From Acidobacteriota bacterium (GTDB lineage Bacteria > Acidobacteriota > Vicinamibacteria > Vicinamibacterales > 2-12-FULL-66-21): a DNA stretch of 64,000 nt. The stretch covers positions 16,183 to 80,182 of the forward strand of contig JBKPTE010000015.1 of assembly GCA_046735335.1 (NCBI GenBank), in the 5' to 3' direction. The notes beneath the pieces are model-generated. The model ran no database searches, was not told where the DNA came from, and saw nothing but the letters and a program-made list of their open reading frames with translations. Below are positions 52,057 through 61,704 of the stretch, in pieces; positions within the stretch are counted from its first letter, which is position 1; the number at the start of each line of letters is the position of its first letter. The translations under genes and the position numbers were made by a program.

Positions 52057-54399
52057 TCAGAAGGAGTGCACCGAACACGTTTCCGTCGGCTCTGATCCCG
52101 TCAGGAACGCCTCGTGGAAGACGCGCGGACAGGAGGGAGTTGCGAGCTTGCCGGTGTCGCGATCGATATCGACGAACGTGATCCCGTCGGGGACCTGGAA
52201 GGCGGTGCTCTGATGGCCCGCAAGCGCGCGGATCATGAACTGCGTCCAGATGGGCAGCGCGGCCTGGCTGCCGCTGAGCCCCAGCGCTTGATTGTCGTCG
52301 AGGCCCACCCACACGACCGTCATCAGCTCGGGCGTGAAGCCGACGAACCACGCGTCGCGCAGATCGTTGGTCGTCCCTGATTTGCCCGCGCCGTCGAGGG
52401 CGAATCCGGCCGCGCGCGCCGAGGCGCCCGTGCCCTCGTTGAGCACGCTCCGCATCATGTTCGTCACGAGAAACGTCGTGTCGGGCCGTGCGACGGTGCG
52501 CGGCACCTGCGCGTCGATCGCGACGCTCTGGCCGCCGCTGACGATCCGCGTGACGGCCCGAAGCGGCCGGAGCGTCCCGCCGTTCGGGAACAGGGTGTAC
52601 GCAGACGCGATTTCGTACGGCGACGCTTCGAAGACGCCGAGCGCGATGGACGGATAGGGGCGCGGGGGCGTGCCGGCGCCGATACGCTTCCACAGGGCCG
52701 CCACGTTGTCGTAGCCGGTCGATTCCGCCACCTTGATCGTCGCGACGTTGCGCGACAGCGCGAGCGCGCGCCGGAGGGTGATCGGGCCGTCGTATTCGTT
52801 GTCGTAGTTGCTCGGCGTCCACGTCTGCTGGTTGAACGTGAACGCAGTCGGTTCGTCGAGCACCACGGTGGCGGGCGTGATGTCGGTGCGCCCCTCGGCC
52901 TGCGCCCGCTCGAACGCGGCGAGATACACGAACGGCTTGAACACCGATCCGGGCTGACGCCGTGCATTGACCGCGCGGTTGTACTGCGACTGGTTGTACG
53001 AGCGGCCGCCGACCATCGCGAGGACGTCGCCGGTACGCGGATCGATCGCAATGAGGGCCGCTTGCGCCGGCTGCCGCTTCCGGCGCGACAGGATCTGATC
53101 GACGCGCACGAGCCCGTCGCGCACGGCATCCTGCGCCAGCCGCTGCAGCTGCAGATCGAGGGTCGTGTAGACATCCACTGCGCCAGTCGCCTTCGAACGC
53201 TCCTGCAGTTCCTGGCTGACGTAGTCGACGAAGTACGGCGCTTCGGATTCGAGCGCGCGTGCGACGACCTGCAGCGGTTCGTGCGTGGCGCGCTCCGCCG
53301 CGTCGGCACTGATGAATCCCGTCTCCTCCATCGCGTGGAGGACGACGTTGCGGCGCTCCTTCGACTTGTCGGGATTGTTGAACGGCGAGTAGCGGGGCGG
53401 CGCCTGGATGACCCCGGCAATCGTGGCGGCTTCCGTCAGGCTGACGTTGCTGATGTCCTTCCCGAAAAAGAGACGCGCGGCTTCGGGGACGCCGTGGATC
53501 GCGAACGATCCGCGCTGGCCGAGGTACACGTCGTTCAGGTACAGCTCCAGGATCTGATCTTTCGACAAGCGGCGTTCGAGCGCGAAGGACATCAGCCATT
53601 CGGCGATCTTGCGCCGTGGATCCTTTTCGCGCGCGCGCTCGAGCCCCCAATACGCGCTCAGGAATGTGTTCCGGATGAGCTGCTGCGTGATCGTGCTGCC
53701 GCCGCTCAGGTACTTGCGGGTGCCGAAAATATTCGTCAGCACCGCACGCGTCGTCCCGATGGGGTCTACGCCGGCGTGATCATAGAAGCGGCGGTCCTCG
53801 ATAGCGACGACCGCCTGCAGCATGCGCGGCGGAATCGCCGTGAGGGGGACGTCGCGGCGCTTCTCGCGTCCGCCCGTGACGAGCGCCGTGATGAGCGGCG
53901 CATCGAACGCCACCGAATCGAGCGGCTGGCGGCGGCCGCCGGCCAGTTCGATGCCGATCAGGCCGCCCGCGGCGCCGGGACGCGGCGCGAACATGAAGCG
54001 CACCGTCTGTCCGGAGCGATCGCCGGCGCGCGGGATGACGGCCAGCGCATCGCGGCCGATCGCGAACTCGCCGGGCCCTTCGGCGCGCGGACGCTGCGCG
54101 TAGCCGAGATCGTTCAGGCGGTCGATCATCTGCGCCTCGGTGAGACGCTGGCCGCGGCGCACCGTGAACGGACGCGCGAAGATGCGCGGGTCGGTCCGCT
54201 GCAGCTCGCCGTGAAGCCGCGCGTCGATCATGCGCGAGAAGGTGACGTAGTAGTACGCCGTCAGGGCGGAGACGAGCAGCGCGGGGATGGCGAGCGCGAG
54301 GAAGACGTAGAACTTCCAGCCCTGCTTCCGCCACCGAATCAGGGTACGCGGACGCGTGGCGGACTTTCCCGCGGTGGGGGAAGTACGGGCCGTCGGCAC
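52057..54399 (-). CDS. Class A penicillin-binding protein (PBP1B-like, with UB2H-like region)
   Basis: EDRRFY, GGSTITQQL, GSVFKPF, SRN, GKSGT. Confidence 0.93.
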   Translation of the reverse strand: MPTARTSPTAGKSATRPRTLIRWRKQGWKFYVFLALAIPALLVSALTAYYYVTFSRMIDARLHGELQRTDPRIFARPFTVRRGQRLTEAQMIDRLNDLGYAQRPRAEGPGEFAIGRDALAVIPRAGDRSGQTVRFMFAPRPGAAGGLIGIELAGGRRQPLDSVAFDAPLITALVTGGREKRRDVPLTAIPPRMLQAVVAIEDRRFYDHAGVDPIGTTRAVLTNIFGTRKYLSGGSTITQQLIRNTFLSAYWGLERAREKDPRRKIAEWLMSFALERRLSKDQILELYLNDVYLGQRGSFAIHGVPEAARLFFGKDISNVSLTEAATIAGVIQAPPRYSPFNNPDKSKERRNVVLHAMEETGFISADAAERATHEPLQVVARALESEAPYFVDYVSQELQERSKATGAVDVYTTLDLQLQRLAQDAVRDGLVRVDQILSRRKRQPAQAALIAIDPRTGDVLAMVGGRSYNQSQYNRAVNARRQPGSVFKPFVYLAAFERAQAEGRTDITPATVVLDEPTAFTFNQQTWTPSNYDNEYDGPITLRRALALSRNVATIKVAESTGYDNVAALWKRIGAGTPPRPYPSIALGVFEASPYEIASAYTLFPNGGTLRPLRAVTRIVSGGQSVAIDAQVPRTVARPDTTFLVTNMMRSVLNEGTGASARAAGFALDGAGKSGTTNDLRDAWFVGFTPELMTVVWVGLDDNQALGLSGSQAALPIWTQFMIRALAGHQSTAFQVPDGITFVDIDRDTGKLATPSCPRVFHEAFLTGSEPTETCSVHSF

Positions 54400-54510
54400 A
54401 AATGGGCTGCAACGCGCATTGTACTATGCGCGTCTTATCTTAACCGGGGCCTTCGCCCCGCCGGACCCCCCAGCGCCCGTGGTGCGCGGGGGAATCGAAG
54501 GAGGCATCGT

Positions 54511-57453
54511 TTGGCACGGGAGTATTTCGTAGCGCGGAAGTGGAACCTCGCCGCGCGCAACTTCAGTTGCGCGATTTTGCACGCCGCGGCAATTGCCGCG
54601 CTCATCATTGGTCTGGCGCGGCCGGCAGCCGCGCAGTCGCAGGCGATCAACGGAACCATCGAAGGGACGATTCACGACAACAGCGGGGCCATCCTGCCAG
54701 GCGTGACGGTCACCGTTACGAACACGGACACCGGCGCCGAGCGCGTCGTCATCACGAACGAGGAGGGCGTGTATCGCGCCCCGCTGCTGCCGCTCGGCAC
54801 GTATACGGTTGGGGCGGAGCTCCAGGGGTTCCGCAAGTTCGAACAGAAGGGCATCACGCTCTCGGCGGGCCAGGTTGCTCTCATCAACATCACGCTGAAC
54901 GTCGGTAACGTGTCAGAGACCGTTACCGTCACCGGCGAGTCTCCCGTGGCGGAGCCAGGGAAAATCGACCTCGGCCGGACGATAGGGGAGAACGAGGTCC
55001 GCAATCTCCCGCTCGTCTCGCGGAACCCGTACAACTTCGCGTTCCTGCAGGCGAACGTGACGGGCTTCGAGAACAACGAGTTCGGCGTGCCGCGCATCAA
55101 CGCGAACGGCAGCCAGATGCGCACGAACTATCAGCTCGACGGCAACACGAACACCGAGAAGGACCGCGCCGGCCTCCGGCTGCTGCCGATCTCGGAAGTG
55201 CTCGTCCGCGAGGTGAAGGTGATCACCAATGGCTTCGCGCCGGAGTTCGGACAGACGACGGGTATGGTCTACAACGCGATCACGCCGTCGGGGACAAACG
55301 CGGTGCACGGCTCCGCGAGCTTCCGGTTCAAGCGCAATCCGTTTTCGGCGCGGCCGTTCTTCCTGAGTCCAAGCGCGCGCAAGCCGGACACGGAGGCCAA
55401 CGACTTCACGGCGACGCTCGGTGGACCGATTCAGAAGGACCGCTGGCAGTACTATGGCGCGTACGAGTACGTCGACCGCAGCCTGATCACGGGCGGCCAG
55501 GTGATCACCGTGACGCCGGCCGACGCACAGGCGCTCGGCATCTCCCTGCCGCCGAGCGGCGTGATTCCGGCGCACCAGAAAGTCAATTTCGCGTTCGGCA
55601 AGACCGACTACCAGGTCAACCCTGCGAATCATCTGGCCGTGCGCTACTTCCTCTTCAAGAACTTCTCGCCGTCGAACATCGGCGCCGGCTTGACGACGAC
55701 GGACCGAGCGACGGATTTCACGGACCGCATGGATTCGGCGTCCGCGCAGCTCATCTCGCAGATCGGCCGCAGCTCGCTGAACGAGCTGCGCGTGCAATAC
55801 GCGCGGCGGCACCAGTTCCGCACGCAGGGCACCTCCGTTGACGGGCCGGCGATCACCGTGACGGGCGCGGCGCAGTTCGGCGGGGCGCGCCTCGGCGACG
55901 GGAACTCCGTCGGCTTCGACTTCAACCAGGGCATCACGCAGGTCATCGACAACTACAGCTGGATCCGCGGCCGCCACGCCTTCAAGGGAGGCATCGACGC
56001 GCAGTTCATCGCGGACAAGCGCTTGCGCGGCGAGCAGTTCATCTATACCTTCCCGAACGTCGCGGCGTATCTCGACGCGAAGAACGGCGCGAATCCCTAC
56101 AGCTACACGACGCTGCAGCAGCTCTTCGGGAGTCGATCGGCGAACTACGATTCGGCGTTCTACGGGCTCTTCGTGCAGGACGACTGGCAGCTCACGCCGC
56201 AGGTGAAGCTGCTGTACGGCGTCCGGTACGATCTGTTCGACGTCCCATCGGCGCGCACGTTCGCGGCGAACCCGTACTCGAACGATTTCACGATCGACAA
56301 GAACAACTTGGCCCCGCGGGTCGGCGTGTCGTGGGCGGTGGATTCATCAGCGCGCACCGTGGTGCGCGCATCGGTGGGCCTGATGTACGAGCCGCCGCTG
56401 ATCGACTTCTACGACAACGCAATCCTCAACAATGGCGATCCCGCGAGCTACACCGTGCAGGTGCGCGGGACCGATCCCGGCGCGCCCGCCTTCCCGACGA
56501 ACCTGGCCGACGTGCCCGCCAGCTTCGTGCTGCCGAAGCAGACGATCACCGTCGTCGACCCGGACTTCCGCACGCAATCCGCGTGGCTCAGCAACGTGCA
56601 GGTCGAGCGCGCGCTGCGGAACGACGTCGCCGTCAGCGTCGGGTACGTCAATTCGATCGGCCGCAACATGCCGGTGCTGATTGACGTCAACCTGGTTCCA
56701 TCGGGACAGACGCTGCCCGATGGCCGTCCCGTCTACTCGACGGCGCGGGTGAACTCGACCTTCGATCACATCAACATGTTCAAGTCGATCGGCGAGTCCA
56801 CCTACAACGCCCTCACGGCGACGTTGACGAAGCGCATGACGCACGGGTGGCAGGCGGAGGCCACGTATACGCTCGCACGCGGTGTCGACAACGCGCCGCT
56901 CACGGGGACCTACGTCGTCGGCAGCAATGACGACCGCGCGTCGGATCCGTCGAATTTGGATCGCGACAAGGGCGTGACGCCGTTCAACCAGACGCACACG
57001 TTCTCGATCGCGACCGTGTTTGCGCCCGAGGTGCCGGAGACGCACGCCGGCGCGGCGATCCTGAACAACAACCAGCTCGGGGTCATCGTGCAGGCGAACA
57101 GCGGGCTGCCGTTCAACATCCGCGCCCGCGACGATCTCAACGCGGACGGCGTGACCAACGATCGCCCGAACGGCATCGAGCGCAACGCCGGACGATTGGG
57201 GCGCGTGTTCAACGTCGATCTGCGCTACTCGCGCTTCGTGCCCGTGCGCACGGGGCAGCGCGTCGAGGTGTTCTTCGAAGCGAAGAACCTGTTCAACACG
57301 GAGAACCTCGCCGGCGTCAACCGCGTGGTCACGACGGACGCGCTGGGGAATCCGACCTCCGCGCTCTTGTTCAACGGCTCGGAATATCCGCTCAGCGGCA
57401 AGAGCGGCTACGATCAGCGGCTGATCCAGCTCGGCCTGAAGTTCGCGTTCTGA
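54511..57453 (+). CDS. TonB-dependent receptor (Oar-like, N-terminal carboxypeptidase-regulatory domain)
   Basis: GGAGG RBS and TTG 54511, signal peptide, LPGVTVTV, NLPLVSRN, FVQDDW, NLAPRVG, C-terminal QLGLKFAF. Confidence 0.92.
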   Translation: MAREYFVARKWNLAARNFSCAILHAAAIAALIIGLARPAAAQSQAINGTIEGTIHDNSGAILPGVTVTVTNTDTGAERVVITNEEGVYRAPLLPLGTYTVGAELQGFRKFEQKGITLSAGQVALINITLNVGNVSETVTVTGESPVAEPGKIDLGRTIGENEVRNLPLVSRNPYNFAFLQANVTGFENNEFGVPRINANGSQMRTNYQLDGNTNTEKDRAGLRLLPISEVLVREVKVITNGFAPEFGQTTGMVYNAITPSGTNAVHGSASFRFKRNPFSARPFFLSPSARKPDTEANDFTATLGGPIQKDRWQYYGAYEYVDRSLITGGQVITVTPADAQALGISLPPSGVIPAHQKVNFAFGKTDYQVNPANHLAVRYFLFKNFSPSNIGAGLTTTDRATDFTDRMDSASAQLISQIGRSSLNELRVQYARRHQFRTQGTSVDGPAITVTGAAQFGGARLGDGNSVGFDFNQGITQVIDNYSWIRGRHAFKGGIDAQFIADKRLRGEQFIYTFPNVAAYLDAKNGANPYSYTTLQQLFGSRSANYDSAFYGLFVQDDWQLTPQVKLLYGVRYDLFDVPSARTFAANPYSNDFTIDKNNLAPRVGVSWAVDSSARTVVRASVGLMYEPPLIDFYDNAILNNGDPASYTVQVRGTDPGAPAFPTNLADVPASFVLPKQTITVVDPDFRTQSAWLSNVQVERALRNDVAVSVGYVNSIGRNMPVLIDVNLVPSGQTLPDGRPVYSTARVNSTFDHINMFKSIGESTYNALTATLTKRMTHGWQAEATYTLARGVDNAPLTGTYVVGSNDDRASDPSNLDRDKGVTPFNQTHTFSIATVFAPEVPETHAGAAILNNNQLGVIVQANSGLPFNIRARDDLNADGVTNDRPNGIERNAGRLGRVFNVDLRYSRFVPVRTGQRVEVFFEAKNLFNTENLAGVNRVVTTDALGNPTSALLFNGSEYPLSGKSGYDQRLIQLGLKFAF

Positions 57454-57462
57454 CGACCGGTT

Positions 57463-57540
57463 GGGCCCGGGGGTCGGGATCCGCGAGGTGGATCGATCCC
57501 GGACCTCGAGGCCCGGACCCCGAGCCCCGGATCCCGACCG
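57463..57540. repeat. Heptamer-type repeats with inverted arms (GTCGGGATCC / GGATCCCGAC)
   Basis: Flanking complementary arms downstream of the receptor gene. Confidence 0.6.
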
Positions 57541-57555
57541 GATATAGTCAATAGA

Positions 57556-60192
57556 ATGCTTCGCCGTTCGATACTCGCCTTTCTCATCGCTCTCATCGTT
57601 ATCGCCAGTCCCTCTGCCCAGCTTCGCGTCGCGCCCGTAGGCGAGCGGCCGGGCGAGGTCTCGCTCGCGTTGCTGCTGCGCAAGCTCGCGTCGACCGGGA
57701 CGTTCATGGAAACGACGGCGCATCCCGACGACGAAGACAACGCGCTGTTGTCCATGCTCGGCCACGGCCGCGGGATGCACACCGTGCTGGTGACGGCGAC
57801 ACGCGGGAACGGCGGGCAGAACGAGATCGGGCCCGAGCTCTTCGAACCGCTGGGCGTGCTGCGGACGGAGGAACTGCTCGCCGTGCATCGATTCGACGGC
57901 GCCGAGCAGTACTTCACGCGCGCGATCGACTTCGGCTTTTCCTTCAGCGTCGAGGAATCGATCCAGAAGTGGGGCCACGACGAGATCGTCGGCGACTACG
58001 TCCATCACATTCGCGCGACGAGGCCTGACGTGATTGCCGGTTTCCTGTGCGGCGGGACCGGCGGCGGCCAGCACCATCAGGCATCGGCACAGCTCACGAT
58101 CGAAGCGTTTCGAGCCGCAGCCGATCCCGCGAAGTTCCCCGAGCAGATCAACGAAGGTCTCCACCCGTGGCAGGCAAAGCGCGTGTTCTGCACCGACACG
58201 ACCAGCTTCGGGCCGCAGGCGCGGCAGCCGCCCACGCCCGATCTTCTGAAGACCGATGTCTCCGCGTTCGATGCCGCCCTTGGCCGCACGTACGCGGAGC
58301 TTGGGCTCGAAGCGCGATCGATGCACAAATGTCAGGGCACGTCGCAGCTGCTCTTGCTGCCGGGCCAGGGGCAGGGCAGGACCTACCGGCTCCGCGATAC
58401 GGTCCTGGATCAAACCGGCGTTGCCCCGAAGGATCTGTTCGATGGCATCGACGTGTCGCTCCATGGGCTCATGGGCGTCCACGGGCCGAATCCGCCCGAC
58501 GGGCTGTCGTCGGGGCTCGACGCACTGTCGCGCCACGTCAGCGACGCCACGCAGGCGCTCGCCTCCGGTGGACCGAAGGCCGCGATCGAGCCGCTCGCAG
58601 CCGGGTTGCGATCGGTTCGCGACCTGCGCAAGCTGGTCCACGAGAAGGACACGAACAAGGATGGCGCCTTCGAAGTGGACTTCCGCCTGAAACAGAAGGA
58701 GCAGGAGTTCGAAGACGCGCTGCGCGTTGCGGCCGGTGTCACCGTCGAAGCGCTCGCGGACGATGGGGTCGTGACGCGGGGAGAGACGCTGAACGTGACG
58801 CTGTACGCGACGGCGAGGGAAGCGGAGTCGGCCGCGCTGAAGAGCGTCGCGTTGAGCGGTTTCGACGGAACCGCCACGACGACGTGCCAGGGCCCGCTGG
58901 AAGCGCGGACCGCGATCACCTGCAAAGCGACCGTGACAGTCCCGGCGACCACACACTTTTCGACGCCTTACTGGAAGCCCCGGACCGATTCGGCTCGATA
59001 CGACTTCGAGCCCGATGTTCCCTTCGGCGTGCCCTTCCGCCCGTCGCCGTTCCACGCCACCTACGAGCTGACCATCGGGGGCGAACCAGTCACGCTCGGT
59101 CGCGTCGTCCAGTACCGGTACGACGAGGTGTTCGCCGGTGAGAAGCGCACCGAGTTGAAGGTGGCGCCGATGTTCAACGTTCGCGTGACGCCGGACATCA
59201 CGGTCGTGCCGTCAGGGACGCCGGCGCCGCGTGAAGTGCGTGTGACGGTCTCGAACAACGAGCGTCACGCGGCGAACGGCACGGTTTCGCTGAAGCTGCC
59301 GGGCGGGTGGACGGCGGATCCGGCGACGGCGCCGGCGAAGTTCGCGCGAGAAGACGAACAGGCGAGCGTGCGGTTTCGCGTGACGCCTCCTGCCAGGCCT
59401 GCACCAGGGGAGGCGTCCATCACCGCGACGTTCACGGCGGACGACGGGACGGCCTCGGACGTCGGCTACGACGTCATCGAGTATCCGCACATCCATCGCC
59501 GTCATTACATCGAGGCCGCGGCCACGCGCCTGAAGGTGATCGACGTGGCGATCGCGCCGAACCTGCGCGTCGGCTACATCATGGGTGTCGGGGATCAGGT
59601 CCCGCAGGCCATCGCGCAGCTTGGCGCATCCGTCGAGATGATCGATCCCGACATGCTGTCGTTCGGCGATCTCTCCAGATACGACGTCATCGTCACGGGC
59701 GTGCGGGCGTACGAGCGGCGCGCGGACCTGCGCGCGAACAACCAGCGACTGCTCGACTACGCGGCGAACGGCGGCACGGTGCTCGTGCAGTACAACAAGT
59801 TCGAGTTCAACCAGGCGCAGTACGGACCGTATCCGGCAAAGGTCAGCTCGAACCGCGTGACCGACGAGAACGCGCCGATAGAAATTCTCGTCCCGGATGA
59901 TCCGGTGTTCAATCGCCCGAACAAGATCGGCCCGGAGTCCTGGGCGAACTGGGTCCAGGAGCGCGGCCTGTATTTTCTCGGGGAACGCGATCCCCGCTAC
60001 GTGGACCTCGTCCGTTCGGAGGATCCGTTTCCGTACAACGCCGGCCCGAAGACGGGGGCGCTCGTCGAGGCACGGGTCGGAAAGGGCCGGTGGATTTACA
60101 TCGGCCTGGGTCTCTGGCGCGAGCTGCCGGCGGGCGTCGACGGCGCATACCGCCTGATGGCCAATCTCCTGAGCCTCGGAAAATCGCAGTGA
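57556..60192 (+). CDS. Secreted PIG-L/LmbE-family deacetylase with NEW3-like and GATase-like C-terminal domains
   Basis: Signal peptide, AHPDDE, TRGNGGQN, RTEEL, DFGFS, WVQERGLYF. Confidence 0.9.
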   Translation: MLRRSILAFLIALIVIASPSAQLRVAPVGERPGEVSLALLLRKLASTGTFMETTAHPDDEDNALLSMLGHGRGMHTVLVTATRGNGGQNEIGPELFEPLGVLRTEELLAVHRFDGAEQYFTRAIDFGFSFSVEESIQKWGHDEIVGDYVHHIRATRPDVIAGFLCGGTGGGQHHQASAQLTIEAFRAAADPAKFPEQINEGLHPWQAKRVFCTDTTSFGPQARQPPTPDLLKTDVSAFDAALGRTYAELGLEARSMHKCQGTSQLLLLPGQGQGRTYRLRDTVLDQTGVAPKDLFDGIDVSLHGLMGVHGPNPPDGLSSGLDALSRHVSDATQALASGGPKAAIEPLAAGLRSVRDLRKLVHEKDTNKDGAFEVDFRLKQKEQEFEDALRVAAGVTVEALADDGVVTRGETLNVTLYATAREAESAALKSVALSGFDGTATTTCQGPLEARTAITCKATVTVPATTHFSTPYWKPRTDSARYDFEPDVPFGVPFRPSPFHATYELTIGGEPVTLGRVVQYRYDEVFAGEKRTELKVAPMFNVRVTPDITVVPSGTPAPREVRVTVSNNERHAANGTVSLKLPGGWTADPATAPAKFAREDEQASVRFRVTPPARPAPGEASITATFTADDGTASDVGYDVIEYPHIHRRHYIEAAATRLKVIDVAIAPNLRVGYIMGVGDQVPQAIAQLGASVEMIDPDMLSFGDLSRYDVIVTGVRAYERRADLRANNQRLLDYAANGGTVLVQYNKFEFNQAQYGPYPAKVSSNRVTDENAPIEILVPDDPVFNRPNKIGPESWANWVQERGLYFLGERDPRYVDLVRSEDPFPYNAGPKTGALVEARVGKGRWIYIGLGLWRELPAGVDGAYRLMANLLSLGKSQ

Positions 60193-61643
60193 AGTTCTCG
60201 CCCGAGTACGTGCGGCTCGTGCTCAACGAGAACTTCGAGGACGCGAAGGCGCACTTCCTCGCGCCGCTCATTGCGATTCATTACGCCCACCTGGTCATGC
60301 TGGTGGAGCGCGGCATCATCCCGGCCTCCGCGGGACATGCGATTCGCGCGGCGCTCGACGATCTACCGCTCGATGATCTCCGCCGGACCCTCTACGACGG
60401 CACGTACGAGGATCTCTTCTTCCTCGTCGAACGCCTGATCGCAGCACGCTGCGGCGACGAGCCGGCCGGATATCTCCACACCGCCCGCTCGCGCAACGAC
60501 ATCGACATGACGATGTACCGGATGCGGCAGCGGGATCTGATCCTCGATCTCCTGGACGGATCGATTGCGCTGCGCCGCGTGCTCCTGACGCTCGCGGATC
60601 GGCACCGCTCCGACGTCTTTCCGGCGCTGACGCACACGCAGCCGGCGCAGCCGACCACCATCGCGCACTACCTGCTCGCGGTGATCGAGCAGCTCGAGCG
60701 CGACGGCGTCAGGCTCCGCGCCGCGTACGCCAGCACGAATCGCAATCCGCTGGGCGCGTGCGCGATTACCGGGACAGGATTTCCCATCGACCGCGAGCGG
60801 ACGTCCGTTCTTCTTGGATTCGACGGTCCGACCGGAAACACCTACGGCAGCATTGCGACCGCCGACTACCTGCTGGAGAGCGTCAGCGCCGCGGCGGTGC
60901 TGAACGCCGGCGTCGGGCGCGTCGTGCAGGACTTCCTGTTCTGGTGTACCAGCGAAGTGGGCTACCTGAGGCTCGCGGATCCCTTCGTGCAGTGCAGCAG
61001 CATCATGCCGCAGAAGCGCAATCCCGTGGCGCTCGAGCACGCGCGCGCGATCGGCAGCAAGGCGCTCGGCCAGGCGTCGGCGATCGTCCTCGCCGTCCAC
61101 AACACGCCGTTCGGCGACATCGTGGATACGGAGGACGATCTGCAGCCGCTCGTCGTCCAGATGTTTCGCGACGCGGCGCGCGCGGTGTCGCTCGTCGCGG
61201 CGGCGATGGAGACGGCGGAGTTCGATGTCTCCAGAATGGCGCAGCGCGCCGAGCAGGGCTGGATTACGGTGACGGAGCTCGCCGATACGCTTGCGCGAGA
61301 CCACGGCGTGCCGTTTCGATCGGGCCATGCGGTCGCGTCGGCGTTCATCGGGGCGGCGCGGTCGGGACCGAAGCGTCCGCTCTGCGCCATGCTGCGCGAT
61401 GCCTCACGGGAGGTCCTTGGACGGGAGATTCTCTACGACGAGGCGGCCCTCACAGAGGTACTGAGTCCGGGGCATTTCGTGGAGGTGCGGAAGACGCTCG
61501 GCGGTCCCGCGTCAGCGGAGACGGCGCGCGCGTGCCGCGCATCGCATGATCTGCTGAACCGCGATACCGACTGGATTGCCGCGCGCCGCGCCGCGGTCGA
61601 GCGGGCAGCGGAGGAGTTGAAACGCGCCGCAGCGGCGATCTGA
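60189..61643 (+). CDS. argH: Argininosuccinate lyase-like C-N lyase
   Basis: LHTARSRND, THTQPAQP, SSIMPQKRNP; GTGA overlap. Confidence 0.8.
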   Translation: MKFSPEYVRLVLNENFEDAKAHFLAPLIAIHYAHLVMLVERGIIPASAGHAIRAALDDLPLDDLRRTLYDGTYEDLFFLVERLIAARCGDEPAGYLHTARSRNDIDMTMYRMRQRDLILDLLDGSIALRRVLLTLADRHRSDVFPALTHTQPAQPTTIAHYLLAVIEQLERDGVRLRAAYASTNRNPLGACAITGTGFPIDRERTSVLLGFDGPTGNTYGSIATADYLLESVSAAAVLNAGVGRVVQDFLFWCTSEVGYLRLADPFVQCSSIMPQKRNPVALEHARAIGSKALGQASAIVLAVHNTPFGDIVDTEDDLQPLVVQMFRDAARAVSLVAAAMETAEFDVSRMAQRAEQGWITVTELADTLARDHGVPFRSGHAVASAFIGAARSGPKRPLCAMLRDASREVLGREILYDEAALTEVLSPGHFVEVRKTLGGPASAETARACRASHDLLNRDTDWIAARRAAVERAAEELKRAAAAI

Positions 61644-61644
61644 T

Positions 61645-61697
61645 GGCGGGTCCAAGAGACCTGCCCTCCACGTGTAGGCCGCTCTCTTAGACGCGGC
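61645..61697. repeat. Inverted REP-like pair between convergent genes
   Basis: GGCGGGTCCAAGAGACCTGCC and GTAGGCCGCTCTCTTAGACGCGGC. Confidence 0.6.
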
Positions 61698-61704
61698 AAA
61701 CCCG

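Noticed and set aside
53062-54510. 1463-aa giant receptor ORF
   Set aside because: The 5' part is antisense to the PBP gene; the RBS and signal peptide place the start near 54511
54512-54530. Sigma-54 promoter TGGCACG at the receptor gene
   Set aside because: No -12 GC element, and it coincides with the probable start codon
56347-59055. 902-aa and other long antisense ORFs
   Set aside because: Mirror frames of well-supported genes with no recognisable motifs
57556-60192. PIG-L protein as BshB
   Set aside because: It has a signal peptide and is 878 aa and multidomain; BshB is small and cytoplasmic
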